A DNA stretch of 61,467 nt, the filler included, from Choristocarpus tenellus KU-1152 (lineage: Eukaryota > Protista > Phaeophyceae): the NCBI GenBank assembly GCA_964200185.2. It is 9 parts of 9 records of this genome, joined end to end, with 100 filler letters (N's around TTAATTAATTAA, not from the genome) between each part and the next. Parts side by side here need not be neighbours in the genome. Positions count along the whole stretch, not along the records: positions 9,585 to 14,553 come from CAXNAD020012336.1; positions 14,654 to 17,532 come from CAXNAD020023980.1; positions 17,633 to 20,999 come from CAXNAD020020502.1; positions 21,100 to 38,265 come from CAXNAD020000712.1; 5 more parts are not named here. The stretch is one strand, 5' to 3'. Shown here piece by piece: positions 12,373 through 24,289 of this stretch. The notes beneath the pieces are model-generated. The model worked only from the letters and a program-made list of their open reading frames with translations. It was not told the origin of the DNA and searched no databases. A program made the position numbers and the translations under genes. Numbering within the stretch: the stretch's first letter is position 1; each line of letters begins with the position of its first letter.

Positions 12373-13552
12373 CAGATGGAGTAACTTCGATCTCACGAGG
12401 AAGACTTGAGCCAACACATCTCCCACCAAAGAGATGGACGCAGAGGACAAACACTTAGTGAGGATCGGATGGCGTTGCAGGGCCAACAGATAGGCAGCTT
12501 TCATTTGCTGAAGCGGTCTCCATTCGCCTCCTTTGCCCACTTGCCCAGTCTTTTCTTCCCCAACGTATGCACCCCCTCGGGGTATAATACTGGTAGCCCC
12601 TGATACGTCCCAGGGAAAGCGGCAGACATGCCCGTACGAGGCCGGGTTGGCGAATATGTTTGTTCTAGTATTTGCTTGGCAAGAGGTTCTCTATATCAAG
12701 TGCCTGTCTGGGATACAAGTTTTTCAAGGGATACGATTCAATGTCTTTGTGCAGAGCAGGGGTGAGACTGAAGCACCGAACAGCTAACAAGAGGCATGGA
12801 GATCATTTGCCTACAGCGAAGGATGTATCAGATACGGCATTTCAAGCAAGGCACTGCGCTCTTGGAAAGGTCATCTGCGAAACAATATGAGTCCATTCCG
12901 CAAACCCTTCACGTGTCGTGACACTTGCAGCCTCACAATGACCGCCTCAGAGGTTAAAGTAGGAAGCAGGGCATTCTCCCACTCGATGCCAAAGTAAGTA
13001 GCGTTCTCTACATCTAAAGACTTTTTATAGTGACCGGAAACCGAGAAGGTGCAACAAAAGAGGGCCTACGTTATAGGTCGGCACCAGGACCATCCATTGC
13101 AGAAAGAAGTAGCCGTCCCATCAGAGAACTGGCAATTGCAAAAAAAAACTAATCCCGATTGTGTCTACAAAAAACGCCCAAGCGTTGTACCTGGTTCAAG
13201 ACCAAAGCCCTGATGCCTCCACCTGGTTCATTGGATGTGATAGGTAGGCAGGTGCAACGGAAACAATGTTCAGAGCTGTCAGAAGCAGGTATCCTCAATA
13301 GTTAGTCATAAAGGGGGCGATGTTGATCTACAAGAGGGGACTGCGAAGTATTAAGTACCATCTTCGATCATTCACAACTATTGTACTGCTATGACTCACA
13401 AACCTGAGTTGAAAGTCGGGATCCCGTCCACCTACAGGAAATTGAGAAGGCAGGCCCGTGTGGACATTTATCGGTGTTGGCAACGCAAAAGAGCTACCTA
13501 ACACTGCGAAGGATATTGACATTGCCACCCCTTGCAATAAGCTGCGGAACAT
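12373..13552 (-). CDS. Mpv17/PMP22-family membrane protein, 5' exons (putative exon 1 13552-13404, exon 2 12664-12373; downstream exons not resolved)
   Basis: AAYLLALQRHPILTKCLSSASISLVGDVLAQ is the Mpv17/PMP22 N-terminal signature (Y...L..hP..TK......lgD..AQ). It is followed by a consensus donor CTG|GTGAGT. The upstream exon MFRSLLQGVAMSISFAVLGSSFALP... has a CAG|GT donor whose phase fits the CTAG| acceptor at 12664. Confidence 0.72.
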
Positions 13553-13795
13553 GGTAACGAAGAAGACTACCAATATGGTATGAACGGAATGATTGTGGTT
13601 TGATCAACAGCCTCAGAATTAGGGATTTAGATACTTCATATTTCCTACTAACGATTCATTCTACTTGGAAACCATCGAAAATTACCAGCCACTATCATAT
13701 AACATACTTTATTAACTAAAACCACTCGAAAGATAATTCACAACAAAAATGATGAATAGTTTGTGGAGGAAAGATATTATTTCATGTAAGAGAGG

Positions 13796-13830
13796 TAGGG
13801 TTAGGGTTAGGGTTAGGGTTAGGGTTAGGG
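13796..13830 (+). repeat. Interstitial telomere-type repeat (TTAGGG)5
   Basis: TAGGG followed by five perfect TTAGGG units (13801-13830). Confidence 0.9.
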
Positions 13831-14973
13831 GGTGTACTATATAAATCCAAGATGAAAACCAAGTTATACTTGCAATTGAATATTCATTAAGAATAGGGGA
13901 TAATAATATATAGACATGTACTGAAACATAACTTGGTCATGGAGGAAGGCGACCGCGGTACACGAGGCAGGCAGGGGTTAGGAAGTAGTATTAGTGGAGG
14001 GTTTAACCCAGCTCTGGGAATAGATGCACAAATTTCGATGTCACAGAACGGAGAAGGATGGACGAAGAACGGAATGGACCCACATGGGGACGAGGTGGAG
14101 GTGATCGAGGATGGGGATGGCGGCCCACAAGATAGGCTCGGGCGAGGGAGGAACACAAGCAGAGCACACCACTCCTCTTCGGGAATAGGGGGACAAGTCT
14201 CGCCTCTATAGGATGGCGAAGCCCAGACGGAAAATCAAACGAGTACACAAGGGGATGGAGCTGGAGAGGTGGTAGAGGCACACAACAATGGTCGCAGGGA
14301 GAGGGACCCGCCCCTACATAGCTACGATGAGGAGGAGGAATGAGAGATGATGATAAGAATTATTACTGGACTTTGACGGCCAGCCTCTCCCACCAGGGAC
14401 CCCAACCCACGCTCATCCCAACAACCACATCAGCCACACTGGAACACTTTGCAATCAGTTTTTCTCAGATACAACAGCCAGTACTCCCTTTCTCCTGCAC
14501 ACACTCACTTGATCTGGGCTGTGCCTCGGCTCTATACCTCTGCACCAGACCCCNNNNNNNNNNNNNNNNNNNNNNNNNNNNNNNNNNNNNNNNNNNNTTA
14601 ATTAATTAANNNNNNNNNNNNNNNNNNNNNNNNNNNNNNNNNNNNNNNNNNNNCCCCCCCACACACTGTATAGACTCAGGGGCACATCAACTGGGGTACA
14701 CAGTACAGGGCTCTCTGTAGTGCAGCTGGAATCAAGCTGAGTGAATACTCTTCAGATTCCGCAAGAGTATGGTCCTGAGTTCAAATACCTCCATGACAAA
14801 GAATTTGAGTTCAGCTTGGTCAAGTGGTGAATGGAGGGGGCACTGTTGGTACTCGAGGAACTGTCTGCACCACCCCCCCCGCCCCCAGATGGATGGAAAA
14901 TGATACATATTCTTGTCTGTGCTGGAATTTCTGGAGTACTGTCTGATAGATGGTTTAATTGAGCTGTTGCGGG

Positions 14974-15093
14974 CTTGAAGCAGTTACATTTGTTTGTTCT
15001 TTTCTTGAAGCAGTTACATTTGTTTGTTCTTTTCTTGAAGCAGTTACATTTGTTTGTTCTTTTCTTGAAGCAGTTACATTTGTTTGTTCTTTT
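14974..15093. repeat. Perfect 30-bp tandem repeat x4
   Basis: CTTGAAGCAGTTACATTTGTTTGTTCTTTT repeated four times. Confidence 0.97.
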
Positions 15094-15326
15094 CCCCAAC
15101 CATTTTGTTTCAAATTCCCAAGGTGTAGGTATGTTTTTTTGGGAGTATCAGTCTAACTGTAGTAATTGTATTGATGTATACCACTACACAACTTAACTGA
15201 TATGTGTGTGTATTCTAGATAAGGCTATGGGTGTTTTTTTTTTAATTTATTCGAGTGACTTTCCTGGGCTATTGGAACATGTGCATGTTGCCGTGGAAGT
15301 TTCCTGTAAATTTCCCAACATATTTG

Positions 15327-15327
<1 letters not shown>

Positions 15328-15383
<56 letters not shown>
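15328..15383. repeat. (CA)n microsatellite
   Basis: Uninterrupted CA dinucleotide run. Confidence 0.97.
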
Positions 15384-15386
<3 letters not shown>

Positions 15387-16057
15387 AGATGATGGATACA
15401 GTGTGAACGATTGTGTCACACAGACAGAAATAGAGCAGGTGGATCAGTTGCCGAAGTCGATGCTTTTTGTGTGTATGTGATGGCGTCTTGCGATATGGTA
15501 ATGCTGCGGAAAACCCTGAGGCGTTACTTGCACTAGTGGCAGCACACACGGCTGCAAGTTTCAATGTAAAGGACAGCAAAGTCATTGTAGTATTGATACA
15601 CAGTATTGATACACACGAATTGCAGAAGCTGTTTCACGCCTATTGGAATGGAAAACCTACTACTGGTCTAACATGTCACCCCTGGTGGAACAGTGCTATC
15701 TCAAGATTTGACTCAAAATCAGAGGTTGAGGTGTCTAATTGCATCCGAAACAATATTCCAATTCCCTTCAATGGGAGGATAAAGATAGAGTATGAGAAAG
15801 ATCCCAGAATGATCCCAGAATAGTCTTGAGGGGAAGCACAGCACTTGAGATGACTACTAGGGGAATACGCCCAATTGGTGGGGTGATGATGGCCCATGGA
15901 TCATACCAGGTGGCTCTCTCTGTCCTAAAATTTTATCGAAGATTGGTGTTCTACTGTTGTATGCCAGGGTACTATTCCAGGGTAGATAGTAACTTGACTG
16001 TTGTATGCCAAGGTGAAATAGCAGTATTTCAATGTTTGATGCCTTTGGTCACTTCTT

Positions 16058-16060
<3 letters not shown>

Positions 16061-16109
<49 letters not shown>

Positions 16110-16280
16110 CCCCCCCCCGCGGGAGAGAAGGGGGCGGGGCGGCGCCGCGGCAAGAAAAAAGANNNNNNNNNNATAATAAATATTTTTTTTTTTTAAATAA
16201 TAAAAAAAAAATATTTTTTTTTTTTTTTTTTTTTTTTTCTTTTTCTTCCCCCCCCCCCCCCCCCCCCCCCTCCTCCCCTA
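16061..16280. other. Homopolymer/low-complexity stretch around a 10-N gap, probably low-quality read ends
   Basis: A poly-C run of ~48 nt plus poly-T, poly-A and poly-C runs flank the Ns at 16163-16172. Confidence 0.7.
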
Positions 16281-17837
16281 TGTGGTTGGTGCTTTAAAAC
16301 AAAAAATAGTGTGGAATTGTTTAGGGTTCTATATATAGCCTTGATAGAATATAAGTTGATTTCTTTTTTTTTTTAATTACAAGATGTATACTACTTTACA
16401 CAGTTAAAGGATGAGATTGTACGTTTTAAATGTGGAACCTTTTTTTTTCCGATGTACCCTTTACAAGTACGTAAAGTAAGTCCATTTCGGTTTTTGAGGT
16501 ACTGATTTAAATATCAAATCTGTGAAATATTCCGCTACTTTAGTAAGTATTTGAATATGTAAAATATTTATTTCGCTGTAATAGTTTCAACTGAGAATAT
16601 TATTATGTGAATATTTATGCCCAAACTGCCCTCGCTGTTCTGATAATTTTGCATGTGTATTCCGTTCGAAGACAAGCCTGGTGGAGGCTGAACGTAAAGT
16701 TAGACTTGCCAGGAAGGCGGTGAGACGTGTTGCAGCAGAGTCAGCAGTCTTGGCTCTGGGAGTGGCTCCAGAGTTAGCTCTGGAGTTACCAGAAGCTATC
16801 AATCCATTAGCTGGGAGAGCAGAGGTGGGGAGCTCTGTGGATGGCGTTAACAATGTTATAATCCTTAATCCATGCCAGAAATGTGCAAAGAAGGTTAAAT
16901 CCAAGTATCTGAAAAAATATTCTGGGGGTTAGTCTAGAGATAGATCCTTATGGTGATAGAAGCGTTAGTGTGGTAGGATGCCAGAAAAAAAATGTATGAA
17001 GTGTAACGCATATTCTATGGGAAGAAGCAACAATATTCAGAAGCAGGGATTATTTTTCTTTGAACTTTCCTGTTGTGGATGATGAAGGTTGATAAATGGT
17101 ACAGGTGACATTTGGAGTACTCCAAAAATAGAACAGTACAACATTTTATTTTATTTTAATAGCATGATGATACCTTTTTTTTAATCAACAATTTTTAGAG
17201 TCTAGCCCCAGCAAACCAGTAAGGCCTTTCGATACTGTTATTTAATATTATTTTCACTTAAAATAAATAAATAAAATAATGCATTTTAAAAAGAAAAAGA
17301 AAAAACAGAGACTTGACTCTGACAAACGAGAAGAGAATACTCCTGAGACTGTTACGTATCATCACTTTCACTTTCACTGTTTCGTTGGGGATTTTTTTTA
17401 ACAATATGGTGCTCTTTCATCCGATCCTCTTTTTAGTTGGAAGGCTGCAAACACCTCCTCGACTTCACCCCTCAGCCCCCGTACCCCTGTCCCTCCCCTC
17501 CCCTCCCCTCCAGTCCCCCCTCCCTTCCCACCNNNNNNNNNNNNNNNNNNNNNNNNNNNNNNNNNNNNNNNNNNNNTTAATTAATTAANNNNNNNNNNNN
17601 NNNNNNNNNNNNNNNNNNNNNNNNNNNNNNNNGACTGGGAACCTCAATCGATACCACGGTATAACGGTATATGGCATACGGAAATAACGGTATAATAACA
17701 GACAAACATGCTTTCCACAATTGAATTGTGTACTTCATTAAAAGAGATGTAAGAATTAGAAAAAATGTCGAGTTCAACACCCTGTGAAGGCATTTATTTA
17801 ATGTAACAACAACCTCCTTTCTTTTTCCAACACCACC

Positions 17838-19197
17838 ATGGCTGCAACCGAAGAACCTCAGGCCTACGCCAAGTTATGGGGACGAAGAGGAGATGACGAG
17901 TTCTCTGCGTTTGTGGTTTCCCTCCCAACTAAGCTGGGTAGGGTGTCATCATCCTCCGTGGACGACCCCAGCTTCATTTCCCTTGGAGATTCGAAGGCCC
18001 TCTCCAGAGTTCATGGTTAGTGGAAACCTACCTTCAAGTCAAATACATCTTCCTGCCTTTGTGACAAATGTTCCCTGTTCAAATTATACCTTCTCGAATG
18101 TGCTCAATAGTTTCCCGGTCAACGTTTGTCCACCCCTGAACCACATGCAATTCAGCTACAATCGACTGGGTTCCCAGTGAGCAGGTGTACAAGATCAAGT
18201 GTCATGGAAAGAATGGCATGATCGTCGCCGGCAAATGGAGGGGACCTTTTGGAGAAGGTAGGTTCACCGATTCTATTCCATTATAAGGAGATGCGTGAAA
18301 TTGCTGATCTCTTCCTTGCTTGAGAGATAATGTGTGCGCAAGATACACTGCTTTTGAGTCAAGGTAGATTGGTTCTGGGATTAACTTAATGCGGAGATTA
18401 TAACATGTCCTCATGCAGGATCGAACAACGGTATCGCTCACCACCCGCGCTTAAATTATACCTCCCAGAAAGTTCGTTCGAACGAAAGTTGCTACGCTAT
18501 AAACTATTAACGAGTCACCCACCTCGCATGCCTCTTCCTCACCAACTCCTCGCATTGCAGAGATGCTTCAATCGCGAACCCCTATCAAAATGGGACCATG
18601 TATGATGTACTTTCTATTGCCAGAGGGTGCGAAGAGTCAGGGGAACGCACCTGCACCCGGCGCCGATCGAGGTACAGGCGGTCCCGTCACCTACGGGGTG
18701 TCCTCTATGGATGTGAGAAAAAAAGGCCTACCACACGGTGCGGTTGATATGTGGTTTTCCGGGATAATGAGAATAAGGAGAGGGGACTTGATCTCTCTCG
18801 GTTGGTGACAAAGGAGATGACTGGGATAAAGAACATAACCTTGAAAAGCAGTAAGGTGGAGTAACGTCTGAGGAACTTTGTCGAACTATCTTGCTTGTTA
18901 GCATCTGGAGTGATTAACCATCGGTGCTTTTGTGCAGCAGCATATGTTACGTGCCTAACATTTAAGTATTTTTTGCCATATACAATACGCTTGAAATGTC
19001 CATATATATTTTTCGCGTTCCTCCTACACTTCCTATCCCCATCATGATCTCCTGTCCCTTGCCGACTTTTGTTAGAACCGAGTGCAGATGACCTACACAG
19101 AGATTGTTCACGCTTCCTTTAGGAGCAAGGAGCTTGCGGAGACTGTCCAGAGCGGGGGTATAACAAGCAGCGAGATACAAAATTGGGCTACACGAAA
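17838..19197 (+). CDS. FHA-domain protein (Fkh/FHA1-type FHA) with a downstream winged-helix/forkhead-like segment; exons 17838-18015, 18156-18257, 18561-18712, 19076-19197
   Basis: The four exons have GT-AG boundaries with matching phases (1,1,0). Spliced product: AYAKLWG...LGRVSS...FISLGDSKALSRVHATIDWVPSEQVYKIKCHGKNGMIVAG...LQSRTPIKMGPCMMYFLLP (GR, SRxH and NG FHA motifs), then MTYTEIVHASF...GITSSEIQNWATR. Confidence 0.85.
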
Positions 19198-20670
19198 GTG
19201 AGTTTTTCCATCAGCATGTGGTTGGGGTGAGGGGTAGGAAGGATTGCTGTGGGATGTTATCACAAGTGGTGTTGGATTATTCTCATATGTGCCTATTCCT
19301 TTTTAGTGTATTCTTTGCTCAGATGGATTTGGTGTATGTATCAACTGGAGAGAGGGCTGACAAATTTTCATTTTGCTCGGGCTCTGCTCTGTAATGGCGA
19401 ATGTACTTTCCTCTCAGTAAACATGGGCTTGAGATATTTTTGGAGAGTTTGATATTAGTGAGTGAGCTTGAGATATGTGGTCATTGGATATGCCCCCATC
19501 AATGAGAGGCTTGCTCTTCTCCCTGTCACCATCTTACATTTATCCCTGCACAATTTGTCCCAGATTTTCAATTACCAATACCCCGGCGTGATGACTAGAA
19601 TAGTTTCGGAATTGAAATGATGAAAGTTGTTCCTTTGTTTTGACGAAACAAATAACCTAGTTTCCCAGGTTATCTTCATCATGTTTGTGCTGAACAGAAT
19701 CCACTGACTGACATTAAATACTTTGTTTTACGTCTGTGCGGTAAGGGAGGATTGTCATTTTTCCCCCTGCACTGTTGTGGATTCACTGTCATCTATCTAC
19801 ACTGCTCATGTTGTTGGCTTGTGCCGAATGTAGTCAATATTGATTGTTGCGTTGACATTTGAGTTTCGGTGCTTAGAGAAGTCTGTTAGTAATGGGAGGG
19901 CCCTACAGGTGAACTTGGTATGGATAGTGTCCTGAAGCATGAATTGGCAAGAGCGTACCTACCTGCCTGTTGAAGGATGCATTCTACAAGGTGCAGTAAA
20001 TAGTCACAGAAGAAGGACATGGGGGTCAAAATAATTGGTGTTTTTACGAGTTGGTTGTGTAATTGCTGTCAGTGAGGAGGCTATGCAACGTGTTCTTCAG
20101 GAAGAATGGCATTCGTTGGCGATACTTCGAGGTAGTCTGGATCTTCTGCTTTAAGTTTGCTTTTGGTTTGCTCAGCAAAATGGGGCTTCATAGAAAGTGA
20201 CAAAGATTCTCCGTCGCCCTACCTCCTGGGTTCATATCCTGTTGGGGTCTCTCACAGAAATGGATTCTCTCTCCTCTCTAGAGGCATTGGACTTCCAGAA
20301 GAACTCTATTTCATGAGGCAACCTTGTGTAGGTACTTCCACCTTGTTGGTGGCACCAAGTTGTGTGGATGTGGGCCTCCCACTCCCCAATATATGGCATT
20401 TGCATTGTTTAGCAAAGTTGAAGGCAGCTTTCGCTTCCAAAGGTTTCCCTTGCGTAGGCTTGAATGTTTTAGTTTCCAAGGATGCAGTAGTATTGAGTTA
20501 TCTATTCGGTGTGAAGACACAGCCCTATGAATGTACAACAGTAGACAACCTTTGTTTCTTCTGCTTTTGAAGATGAGTCTTGTATTGAATTTTGTGATTG
20601 GTAGAAACAACTGCCGGAGAAGATTGATTGACTCACACGGGCGTTAACCTGGTCTGTCCACTGTGTTCAG

Positions 20671-20739
20671 GGAAGCAAACGTAGAAGTGATAAGAGTTGG
20701 CAGAACGGTATCGCTGCTACTGTGAAAGAAAAATGGTGA
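20671..20739 (+). CDS. Probable further exon of the FHA gene carrying a forkhead helix-3-like motif
   Basis: After the acceptor GTGTTCAG the frame reads GSKRRSDKSWQNGIAATVKEKW (compare forkhead GWQNSIRHNLS). Its phase does not join exon 4 directly, so an intermediate exon is required. Confidence 0.45.
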   Translation, partial: GSKRRSDKSWQNGIAATVKEKW

Positions 20740-21791
20740 CAGTGTGAAGTGTTAAATATATACCACCACCAGTATACGTGTGTATTAGTGGTATATCTTG
20801 CAACATGATTCTGGTCTGCCTATCTCCCAAATATATGGTTGGGAGTTTTTTATTTGTACTAAAAATTTTCACTCCTTTTTTTTCTGGCTATATTTGCGTA
20901 CCTGCTTGTGCTGCATAGCATTTTTTAGTTTTGACATCGATATGTGTTTGTGTAGGCATGTACGTGTGTGTGTGTTTGTTTTTTGGGGGGGGGGTTGGGN
21001 NNNNNNNNNNNNNNNNNNNNNNNNNNNNNNNNNNNNNNNNNNNTTAATTAATTAANNNNNNNNNNNNNNNNNNNNNNNNNNNNNNNNNNNNNNNNNNNNT
21101 CAACGTTTATGTATGGTAGTTCATGTATGGTACGGACCTGATATTTGATCATCAGTTGATGTATCATGTATGGCACGTATGATAAGTAGATATGATTATT
21201 TTCTGATTATCCATGTGGACGCTGCAAATCCCACATGGTAGGCTGCACTGGTCTTACCCACCTTCTCAGTCAGCGGAATCGAGACCAAGCCCTTTGTATT
21301 TCTAACATTGTTCATCTACATGAAGCTGTTCTTTGTCCTTCATTAAAGCACCGTAAAAGCCGCGGGTCCAGTGTGGGATAGTTCAACAAGTGGCGATAGT
21401 GTGTACCATTTTGGAAGACGCAGGGAATACAGGCACACAGTAATTTGAAATGCACAGGGAAAGTAGGAATGCACTAGTTTGAAACGCTCTGGAAATTTTG
21501 GAACGGAGAAATTTGTTGTGTTTTGACGAACGGCAGAAGCCATCAATTTGACAAGCACTGCAACCATGGTTTTTATCATATTTACGCGCGCGTTAAGGTC
21601 GCAATGCGCGAAGGGAATCGGGCTTGTGTTTCGGTGCGATACGAACGTTATCGGGAAAGCACCAATTGTGTCGGAGGCTTGCGATGTGTGCATCGAGGGT
21701 GTCGTTACGTAGCATTCGACAGCACGATTTTTGTCGTGCGTGGATTAGGTTCTTGGAATTCTTCCTCTCTATTTCGGATCAGTTGTCAGAA

Positions 21792-22048
21792 GAGTGAAAG
21801 TACTTTAGAGGGTACGAGTTTTGCCCTGTTTGTCCATTGGGTCTTGGCTTACGGCGAGGTTTTTAAGACATATTCCTACTCCACAATATTTCAGAGTAAG
21901 TAAAATGTGTACGTTATGAAAAGGTGTGTCCGGAAGAAGGATATTGACACTTCCTAACAAACACGATAGCCAAAATTACATCGAAATCGTAATATTTGAT
22001 TTTGGCCCCCAAATGAACGCGACTCTACCCTCTAAGATACTTTGGCTC
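21792..22048 (-). mobile_element. MITE family A copy with 4-bp TSD AGAA
   Basis: GAGTGAAAGTACTTTAGAGGGTA...TACCCTCTAAGATACTTTGGCTC, with AGAA on both flanks. Confidence 0.93.
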
Positions 22049-22484
22049 AGAATACCCTCCACATATGTCATTGCATCCCATGTTCCAATTCCAGTTAAGT
22101 TCGGTTGAATTCGATGGAAGAAAATCTGACGATAGCCGTTGAATTACGAATACGTTGACATGTCACTTGTAGGCAGAAACGTGTCTCTTTGTCGGGATGG
22201 AGTTGCGTGTTTGTAACATAGGTACTTTTTATTGAATGATTAACGAGTGTTAAGATCATGGGCATTAGTTTGAAAGCTTACATTGCTTGGCCATTGGGAG
22301 GAGGAGGGGAGTTAGGGTGGGATGGAGGCTTGGATGGTTCAGTATCGACAGGGTATGGTGTGCATGGTGCTCTGACAAGAGAAATAAGGGATTACACGGT
22401 TGTAAATCGCCACAAATGCATATGGTACTTCGACATCCGGTCATTCTTGGGGCTGGTCGAACGAAACACGCAGGCGGGTTAAGC

Positions 22485-23036
22485 GACAGTGGCACTGCTG
22501 TTGACAATCGGCTTGTGAACTGTTTCAAGAAAAAAAATTAGAAAGCATTGTGTAGTGATGGTGGTGTGACCACTACATACGGCTGGTTTGTAAATAGTTC
22601 CACCACTGATAAAAAATAGAGGGTTGCGTAGCAACATTGGTGAGATCACTATAGGCTGTTGATTTGTACACGGTCTCAATGGTCATAAATACTGGGCATT
22701 GAGTTGTAAAGTTGGTGTGACCACTATTGACACCTGGTATGTAAACGGTCTCAATGGTAATAAATACTGGGCATTGAGTGGCGACGTTGGTGGGGGGACA
22801 CTATTGACAGCTGGTGTGTACACGGTCTCAATGGTCATAAATACTGGGCATTGAGTTGTAAAGTTGGTGTGACCACTATTGACACCTGGTATGTAAACGG
22901 TCTCAATGGTAATAAATACTGGGCATTGAGTGGCAATGTTGGTGGGGACACTATTGACACCTGGTATGTACACGGTCTCATAGGTGATAAATACTGGGCT
23001 TTAAGTGGCAACGTTGGTGGGGACACTGTTGACATC
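22485..23036. repeat. 75-bp tandem array: five well-conserved units (22666-23036) plus about two degenerate upstream units
   Basis: Units start at 22666, 22741, 22818, 22893 and 22968 with GTA(C/A)ACGGTCTCA. Units 1 and 3 are identical. Confidence 0.95.
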
Positions 23037-23231
23037 AAGAGTTTTTGGTTGGTGTTCTCAGTATCTCTGTTATTACCCTTGTAATGGTTCTTCTATCTGT
23101 GAGGAGGATAGGATAAGTGTGTTAAGACAACTAAGAAAAAAAGAAGAGTGAGACATCAAAAAATCAAGGAGGTGCTTTGTTGATTCAAAGATCAGATGTG
23201 CAAGTAATTCAAGACCTCAAAAAAAATCAAA

Positions 23232-23403
23232 TCCAGTTCTAACAGTCATAACAAACAATAATGTTATACAACAATGTATGATATACATTGTATAATTATT
23301 GTTGTACTTCAACGTCCAGTCAAACAGTCATATAAAACAATTCAGTGACATACAACAATATAGTCAATACATTGTATGTATGATTAATTGTTGTACTTCA
23401 ACC
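23232..23403. repeat. Degenerate ~85-bp tandem duplication
   Basis: ccagt..aacagtcata...atacaacaat...atacattgtat...attgttgtacttcaac occurs twice. Confidence 0.65.
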
Positions 23404-24289
23404 AAACCTGCTCTAAGCGCTAAGTAGTATAGTGCTTGTTCTAATAGCCTGTATAATGCTACAGAACTAGCTCCGTGGCTTCTGTCTTCGCCTTGCGCTC
23501 TGGACCTTGTATATGGACTTTCTTGATATCTTGCACCATTTCTGACATGCTCCCCTAATTTCTATTCTTTTTGCATCAGCTTGACACAAGATTACAAATT
23601 ACAAGATAAAAAAACCCCATCATCAATCATTAGCCTCGCACGATTCACCTTCTGCAAAACTTGACAAAATAATTGACCTTTCAATGTAACGTGTCAGTAT
23701 ACTGCACACTCATGTTAGTGAACACATCTCCCAACTCATTGAAGCTTGGTACTACGAGAGAAGTGTTGGAAAGATATCAAATGTTTTGTCATTTCTTGCA
23801 CCAAAAAAATGCCCCCTTTTGGGACACCCCAAAAAAAAGGGTTGCAAGAAACAAGGACCAACAACAGGGAACTGTCACAAAATCAAAGACTGCTCTCATT
23901 TTCCAAACTTAGTACAGCATTAGGTCTTCCTGCAAGGCTGGATGAATGTGAGGTTGTTCACTGTGAAGTGTCACTTACCTTATACAACCTCCTCATTAAA
24001 TACACAGTAATGTAAATATCAGACTGTTATTTAATGAAAACAATAGTCAGTGATGTCAGCACTTCAACTACTAGTTCTTTATTAATGCTCAATCATTAAT
24101 AGTTTTACCTAATGCCATTCATTCAGGTAATCATCAATGTTGTATAACTGGATTCATTTTCAGAAATGGATAGTGCTCAGTTAAGTAATCAACATCTCAA
24201 TTGTAAGGAATTGGGAACCTCTTCAAAGATATGGCATTGGACTCCTCTTCAATAAACATGGATTGGATATCACTTACATCATTTGCTTA

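Noticed and set aside
13933-14360. Gly/Arg/Asp-rich ORFs after the telomeric tract
   Set aside because: No recognisable domain and broken by stop codons.
16061-16120. Polyproline ORF
   Set aside because: It comes from a poly-C run beside a gap and is likely a sequencing artefact. Poly-G/C runs also mark other contig ends (38208, 50600).
21926-22108. Recurrent small ORF MSG.RILTLPNKHDSQNYI (also at 5883, 6897, 54957) as a peptide gene family
   Set aside because: It is a translation of MITE A, with non-ATG starts and frames that are not conserved.
22666-23036. CRISPR-like array
   Set aside because: The units are contiguous tandem repeats with no unique spacers, there are no cas genes, and the context is eukaryotic.
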